DNA from: Candidatus Bipolaricaulia bacterium
GTDB taxonomy: Bacteria > Bipolaricaulota > Bipolaricaulia > RBG-16-55-9
NCBI GenBank assembly: GCA_042219045.1
Contig: JBDGQO010000031.1
Span: 43,317 to 63,535 of the forward strand
DNA: 20,219 nucleotides
Direction of reading: 5' to 3'
Shown: positions 16,405-20,219 of the stretch, in pieces
How positions within the stretch are numbered: position 1 is the stretch's first letter
Layout: each line of letters begins with the position of its first letter
The notes under the pieces: model-generated
The model's input: the letters and a program-made list of their open reading frames with translations, nothing else
Databases searched by the model: none
Told to the model about the DNA's origin: nothing
Translations under genes and position numbers: made by a program

Positions 16405-18168
16405 TCAGGCCGCTTGATAGAGCGACTCGCCGCGATGGAGGCGGCGAGCGATGTCGAAGGTCTGGAACTGCGCGCGAGCCGTCGGCGCATGGGCGGCCAG
16501 ATAGCGCGCGGCCGCAATGAGCGCGTTGGCCTGCACGTGCGGCGTCCTCAACGTTCGATAAAGCGCCACGCTGGCGTCCAGCGCCTGAATCGTGTGGAAA
16601 TCGCGGTCCTCGCGCAGCAGCGCCTGGGCGAGCGTCGCGATCAACTGATCAGGGTCACCGTCATTGCCCAGATATTGCGCCACGAGCTGACCCGCGTCGT
16701 CGACGGGCTGCTGGACGTTGAGCAGCTCCAGGAACGCGCGCCGCAGCTCGGCGGGATCCGCCGGCTCGACGTCCGTCGTCGAGGGGAGCTTGGCCGGCGG
16801 CATGTTGAGGAACCGATCGAGGTAGACGCTCATGGCGGCGTCGAACGCCCCGCGCAGCAGCTCGCGCGACGGGGTCCGTCGCAGTCCCTGGTGGACGGCA
16901 TTGGCGTAGGTGAACGTGTGCAACGCCGTGTCCCAATCGGCGAACTCGTTGCTCGTGGGGAACTGGGCGATGCGCCGGGCCGCCGCGCAGGCGATCTCCT
17001 TCGCCAGGCCCGCTTCCGTGGCGCCCGCCCGCAGCGCGTCGAGACAGGCCTCGGCAATGGTTTCGGGATCGCCGCTCAGGACCGTCTCCACGAAGGCATC
17101 CATTTGTTGCCCCGTCCATTCGCCGCGACGCTCGCGACCCGCCTCCAAGGCCTCGGTGACCTCCCTGAACGCGTCGTCGAGGATGGCCACCAGATCGACC
17201 GGATTGCGCCAACTATTGGCCTCCTCCATGCGGGTGGCGTTGGCGTAGCCCGGCGCGAGGCTGCCCAGCACGCGCCCGACCCGCCCGGGCTCGTCCCAGC
17301 CGAGGTGATCCAGTGCTTCGAGCGCTTTGTTGGTGAAGTCGAGGACGTGCCCGACGCTGAGATAGCGGTGATCGGTCGCAGCGGCGAAGAGCATGTCCGC
17401 GATCGTTTCCCGAGACAGGCCGTAGCACGCGGCGGTCACGAGACAGCGCTCGGCCCCCTCGGCGTCGCGGACCTCCACGAACTGCCGGAACCAGCGCTTC
17501 AGTCGCTCCGGGTCATCCATGGCACCCGGAAGCGCGCGCAGCGTGAACTTCGGCGCTCGGGCGTCGACGTCGTTCGCCACGGCCGACAGCCCCTGATAGA
17601 GCGCTTGGGCCTGAGCGTCCGTATCCAGATAGGGCATCAGGTTCTGCAGTGAGGTCAAGATGGTCAGGCCGGGCCCCCAGCCGTTGTCGCGATACCGGAC
17701 GCCGACGTCGACGCCGATGCGGAATGGCTCCGGAGATGGGACGTCGTTCGCCGTCAGCGAGATCGCCGCTTTGGCGACGACGAGCCGGATGTTCTGTTCG
17801 AGGCCCTCGCGCAGGCGCGTCCGTTGATGGGCCACGACGTCGTGCTGGGGCGTCACGTCGACCCTAATCTCGCCGTCGTGGACCTCGACGGGAAACGTGC
17901 GGACGTCGTCGGCCCAGGGGTCGAACGTTCCGCCGCTCGCCACGTCGAAGCGCGCATGGTGCCAATGGCACGTCAGGATGCCATCTTCGAGGCTCCCTTG
18001 GCTCAAGGGAAACCCCATGTGCGGGCAGCGGTTGTCGACGGCGTAGATCTCGCCTTCGTGCTCGAAAATGGCGATGTTGTGGCCGCCGCCGCTTGCGACC
18101 AACCGACCCTTCTGTCGGAGCTCGTCCAGCGTGCCGGCGCGGATGCGATTGTCAAGGTCCGTTGCCAT
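16405..18168 (-). CDS. Rieske [2Fe-2S] domain protein with a large alpha-helical C-terminal region of unknown function
   Basis: 587 aa. The N-terminal ~105 aa carry the Rieske motif CPH...CHWH. The remainder is helical, with recurring His motifs. SD AAGGAGG; TAATG overlap with the upstream gene. Confidence 0.88.
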   Translation of the reverse strand: MATDLDNRIRAGTLDELRQKGRLVASGGGHNIAIFEHEGEIYAVDNRCPHMGFPLSQGSLEDGILTCHWHHARFDVASGGTFDPWADDVRTFPVEVHDGEIRVDVTPQHDVVAHQRTRLREGLEQNIRLVVAKAAISLTANDVPSPEPFRIGVDVGVRYRDNGWGPGLTILTSLQNLMPYLDTDAQAQALYQGLSAVANDVDARAPKFTLRALPGAMDDPERLKRWFRQFVEVRDAEGAERCLVTAACYGLSRETIADMLFAAATDHRYLSVGHVLDFTNKALEALDHLGWDEPGRVGRVLGSLAPGYANATRMEEANSWRNPVDLVAILDDAFREVTEALEAGRERRGEWTGQQMDAFVETVLSGDPETIAEACLDALRAGATEAGLAKEIACAAARRIAQFPTSNEFADWDTALHTFTYANAVHQGLRRTPSRELLRGAFDAAMSVYLDRFLNMPPAKLPSTTDVEPADPAELRRAFLELLNVQQPVDDAGQLVAQYLGNDGDPDQLIATLAQALLREDRDFHTIQALDASVALYRTLRTPHVQANALIAAARYLAAHAPTARAQFQTFDIARRLHRGESLYQAA

Positions 18169-18653
18169 TATGGACGCCTCCTTGCATCGGCGTTTGTCGA
18201 CAAGGCCGTCGCGTACGACTGATCCCGGGCGACGACCGTCTCCGGCTCGACCCGAACAAAGACGTAGTCGCCCGGGCGGTCCAACACCTCAACAAACATC
18301 GGATCCCAATCCCCGACGGGGCCATCGAGATACCGGCTCAACAGCCGACGGCCACGCTCAACGTCGAACGCTTCCACCGTCGCTTGGCCGCGCATCCCGA
18401 CGTGATGGACTCTTCCGATGGACAGATCATGGTCGACGACGCTGAGCGCGCACCGTGGGTCGCGCTCGATCCGTTTGTCGAAGGAGCTCGACTCCCGATG
18501 GGCCAGTATCCAGATTGCGCCCTCTTCCCAGAGGAACCAAACGGGCGAGGTGCGCGGCCCGTGCTCCGATGCCGTCGCCAGATGCGCGAATAGCGGCCGC
18601 TGGAGGAATTCGTCGAGGTCGACGCTGCGAGGGCGGTCGTGAATCAAATCCAT
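18168..18653 (-). CDS. Pyridoxamine 5'-phosphate oxidase-like split-barrel protein (FMN/F420-binding family)
   Basis: 161 aa from ATG 18653 (SD GAGGG), with FLQRPLFAHLAT, GPRTSPVWFLWE, RIERDPRCALSV, MRGQA and VRVEPE. Confidence 0.85.
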   Translation of the reverse strand: MDLIHDRPRSVDLDEFLQRPLFAHLATASEHGPRTSPVWFLWEEGAIWILAHRESSSFDKRIERDPRCALSVVDHDLSIGRVHHVGMRGQATVEAFDVERGRRLLSRYLDGPVGDWDPMFVEVLDRPGDYVFVRVEPETVVARDQSYATALSTNADARRRP

Positions 18654-18691
18654 GGCAACCCTCGTTTGTCCCGTTGGCCCTGAGCAATCGA

Positions 18692-18720
18692 ACGATAGCA
18701 CGGCTCGATGGCGCATTCAA
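18692..18720 (-). promoter_or_regulatory. Candidate sigma70 promoter with extended -10 for the PPOX-Rieske operon
   Basis: TTGAAT (18720-18715), 17 nt ending in TGc, TATCGT (18697-18692). This also supports 18653 rather than 18716 as the start. Confidence 0.6.
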
Positions 18721-18891
18721 CGGAATGACTTCCCCCATTTTGCAGTCCGTCACGTGCACGATAACCTGGCCGCCAGGATTCACATAACGACGCCGGCTCA
18801 GCTCGGCCCTCGGGGGTTGCAACGGCAGTCGCCAACGCTATCTCACGAGGATTCGCCGACAAGCCCCGATCCAGAGCGGAAAGGGTTGATC

Positions 18892-19377
18892 ATGCCTGAT
18901 ACGTTGTTGATATACGACGGCGACTGCCGTTACTGCCGTACGTTTGTCCGACTGTTAGCTGGCCTCGATCGACAGGATCGCTTTGTCCAACGCCCCTTTG
19001 ACGCGCCCGACGCCCAGGCCGTGCTTCGGGCGCAATTCGGCGACGCCATCGGCTTTGCCATGTACCTCGTGGAGGCCGACCGGGTGAGCTGGGGCGCCCG
19101 CGCCGCCGAACGCGTCGTCGAAAAGCTCGGCGGCCCGCGCCCGCTGAAGCGGCCGCTCAAGGGGCTTGCGTTGCGACTCTATCCGTGGCTGTTGGGGATC
19201 GTCTCGCGGCTGAGCGGGCGCGAGCGCGAGGTGTGCGGCCCGGCATGCGCGGTGCCGAGCTCAGGACCGACCGACGCCGGCCGCGTTCCGCTGGTCGAGC
19301 GGGCCGCGGTTGAACTCCGCCGGGTTGTCAACGCGGGTCCAGCCCAGCAATCGACCTCGGCGGCTTCCTCCCATTGA
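18892..19377 (+). CDS. DCC1-like (DUF393) thiol-disulfide oxidoreductase family protein
   Basis: MPDTLLIYDGDCRYC carries the DxxCxxC signature at the N-terminus. ATG 18892 follows GGAAAGGG. Confidence 0.85.
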   Translation: MPDTLLIYDGDCRYCRTFVRLLAGLDRQDRFVQRPFDAPDAQAVLRAQFGDAIGFAMYLVEADRVSWGARAAERVVEKLGGPRPLKRPLKGLALRLYPWLLGIVSRLSGREREVCGPACAVPSSGPTDAGRVPLVERAAVELRRVVNAGPAQQSTSAASSH

Positions 19378-19382
19378 CCGAC

Positions 19383-20033
19383 ATGACCGACGCGCGAACC
19401 GTCTGGGAAGGCTTTTTCGAGCAGGCCGAGAACCGCTGGCGCGAGCCCCACGAGGCCGTCGAATCGTTGGTTCCGCGTTTGCGCGAGCACGGCTGTCGCG
19501 ACGTCCTCGATCTCGGCTGCGGCGCGGGGCGCCATCTCGTCCACCTGGCCGAGCAAGGGTTCCGCCCCTACGGCCTTGATCTCTCGCGCACGGCGCTCGG
19601 TCACGCGCGGGCGTGGCTGCTGGATCAGGGACGGCCCGTTCGGCTCGTGCGCAGCGACATGGGCGCGCTGCCCTTCCGGACGGCGAGCTTCGACGCGCTC
19701 CTCAGCCTGTTCGTCATCTACCACGGCACGCGTGCCGAGGTCGCTCGTAGATTCGAGGACGTCCATCGGATCGTCCGACCGGGCGGGCTCGTGCTCGTCA
19801 ACCTCATCGGCCGCGACCACGACCGCTACGGGCGCGGCCAACAGCTTGAGCCCCACACCTTCGCGCCCGACATCGGCCCGGACCGCGGCGTGCCGCATCG
19901 CTTCAGCGACCGGGGCGAGGCCGAAGCGCTGCTGGCCGACTTTCAGCTGCTGAAGCTCGACGAGCTGAGCTCCACCCAAGCGGGGGAACGCCATCAACAC
20001 TGGCAGGTTTTGGCGAAACGGATGGCTGATTGA
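19383..20033 (+). CDS. Class I SAM-dependent methyltransferase
   Basis: Motif I VLDLGCGAGRH, then GLDLS, DMGALPFRTASFDA and RIVRPGG. The start is ATG 19383 or TTG 19374, which overlaps the upstream stop. Confidence 0.9.
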   Translation: MTDARTVWEGFFEQAENRWREPHEAVESLVPRLREHGCRDVLDLGCGAGRHLVHLAEQGFRPYGLDLSRTALGHARAWLLDQGRPVRLVRSDMGALPFRTASFDALLSLFVIYHGTRAEVARRFEDVHRIVRPGGLVLVNLIGRDHDRYGRGQQLEPHTFAPDIGPDRGVPHRFSDRGEAEALLADFQLLKLDELSSTQAGERHQHWQVLAKRMAD

Positions 20034-20058
20034 CCTTCCATTCGCTTGCGTTTACCCT
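20030..20058 (+). promoter_or_regulatory. Candidate sigma70 promoter for the lipoprotein gene
   Basis: TTGACC (20030-20035, overlapping the methyltransferase stop), 17 nt, TACCCT (20053-20058). Confidence 0.5.
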
Positions 20059-20076
20059 TGTTCGGGCAAAGGGGGA

Positions 20077-20219
20077 ATGATGGCGATGCGCACGACATGG
20101 GCGCTCGGCGCCGTGGCCCTGTTGGGGCTCGCCCTGACCGGCTGCTTCCACGAGGCCGACACGATGGAGGGCACGGGCACGATCCGCTTCATCGACCTGG
20201 AGGGCGGCTTCTACGGCAT
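20077..20219 (+). CDS. Putative lipoprotein, 5' part only
   Basis: Hand translation gives MMAMRTTWALGAVALLGLALTG-CFHEADTMEGTGTIRFIDLEGGFYG.., a signal peptide with lipobox LTGC. SD AGGGGG; the start could be 20077, 20080 or 20086. The frame is open to the end of the window. Confidence 0.75.
   Translation, partial: MMAMRTTWALGAVALLGLALTGCFHEADTMEGTGTIRFIDLEGGFYG

Noticed and set aside
16236..16517. N-terminal extension of the MFS ORF in the track
   Set aside because: It overlaps the Rieske gene and is not protein-like. A better start with an SD and a candidate promoter lie within it.
15691..17652. 653-aa plus-strand ORF
   Set aside because: It is an antisense shadow of the MFS and Rieske genes. 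It is Arg/Ser/Pro-rich with no motifs, as expected from high-GC codon bias.
18765..18777. Palindrome CCTGGC-C-GCCAGG in the PPOX/DCC1 intergenic region
   Set aside because: A single short GC-rich palindrome is plausible by chance at this GC content, and I saw no second copy.
18652..18891. N-terminal extensions of the DCC1 (from 18652) and PPOX (from 18716) ORFs
   Set aside because: They span the divergent promoter region, and the family motifs begin at 18892 and 18653.

Overview
High-GC bacterial chromosomal segment, densely coding. I found no rRNA, tRNA, CRISPR array, integrase or transposase. Left to right: (-) CoA-acylating (methyl)malonate-semialdehyde dehydrogenase, class III aminotransferase and a family-5 ABC solute-binding protein that runs off the left edge; (+) tsaE, a 62-aa very acidic protein and csaA; (-) two paralogous 4-TM His/Met membrane proteins (the second fused to an HTH-like domain), ogt, azlC and azlD; (+) class I fructose-bisphosphate aldolase, a GH133-type amylo-1,6-glucosidase and a GH63-type glycosidase; (-) a PPOX-type split-barrel protein coupled to a Rieske plus His-helical-repeat protein, then an MFS transporter; (+) a DCC1-like thiol oxidoreductase, a SAM methyltransferase and a partial lipoprotein. 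The best candidates for an undescribed system are (1) the paralogous His/Met membrane pair with the HTH fusion, preceded by two GTAA-N6-TTAC palindromes in CRP/FNR-like geometry and followed by ogt-azlCD, and (2) the PPOX plus Rieske/His-repeat redox pair. Several proteins resemble haloarchaeal families as I recall them, although tsaE and the sigma70-type promoters mark the host as a bacterium. All family assignments come from motif recognition by eye; no searches were run.
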